NCBI GenBank assembly: GCA_904063045.1
Contig: CAJFCJ010000003.1
Span: forward strand, 1,054,001 to 1,118,000
DNA: 64,000 nucleotides
Direction of reading: 5' to 3'
Origin: Dimorphilus gyrociliatus
Lineage: Eukaryota > Animalia > Annelida
The notes under the pieces are model-generated. The model was not told the origin of the DNA, ran no database searches, and was given only the letters and a program-made list of their open reading frames with translations. Below are positions 63,967 to 64,000 of this stretch, piece by piece. How positions within the stretch are numbered: position 1 is the stretch's first letter; every line of letters begins with the position of its first letter. The position numbers and the translations under genes are program-made.

Positions 63967-64000
63967 AGTTGTTGAAATTATATTTATCTACTCATTCCTT

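Overview
AT-rich animal genomic DNA rich in microsatellites, with many 56-69 nt introns. The 7-EC protocadherin with DSGKGSS and STTTSGSY tail motifs suggests a non-insect, non-nematode invertebrate, possibly a compact-genome lophotrochozoan such as an annelid (inference only). I reconstructed six protein-coding genes by hand from splice signals and frame continuity: (1) 3' end of a Na+/K+-ATPase beta subunit (+, 166-1128); (2) an unrecognised 3-exon ~210 aa gene with a mitochondrial-presequence-like N-terminus (+, 9268-10027); (3) a type II diacylglycerol kinase, DGK delta/eta-like (+, 13320-31699, ~1109 aa); (4) a solitary 7-EC protocadherin (+, 42833-53466, ~946 aa); (5) an RNF13/RNF167-like PA-TM-RING E3 ligase (-, 58194-61820, ~452 aa), head-to-head with (6) a p24-alpha TMED4/TMED9-like cargo receptor (+, 62186-63966, 215 aa). 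The main result is three apparently independent tandem exon duplications. The DGK has two copies of a catalytic-domain exon 48 nt apart, and the TMED has two copies of a GOLD-domain exon 36 nt apart. Both spacers are shorter than any constitutive intron reconstructed here (minimum 56 nt), pointing to sterically enforced mutually exclusive splicing. The DGK also has three related micro first exons (MNCCSNK / MNCFTKT / MNYFMS) upstream of a degenerate PH-domain remnant, suggesting a switch from PH-based to Cys-acylation-based membrane targeting. I found no supportable RNA genes, transposase ORFs or CRISPR arrays. Gene models were read by eye and have no transcript support.
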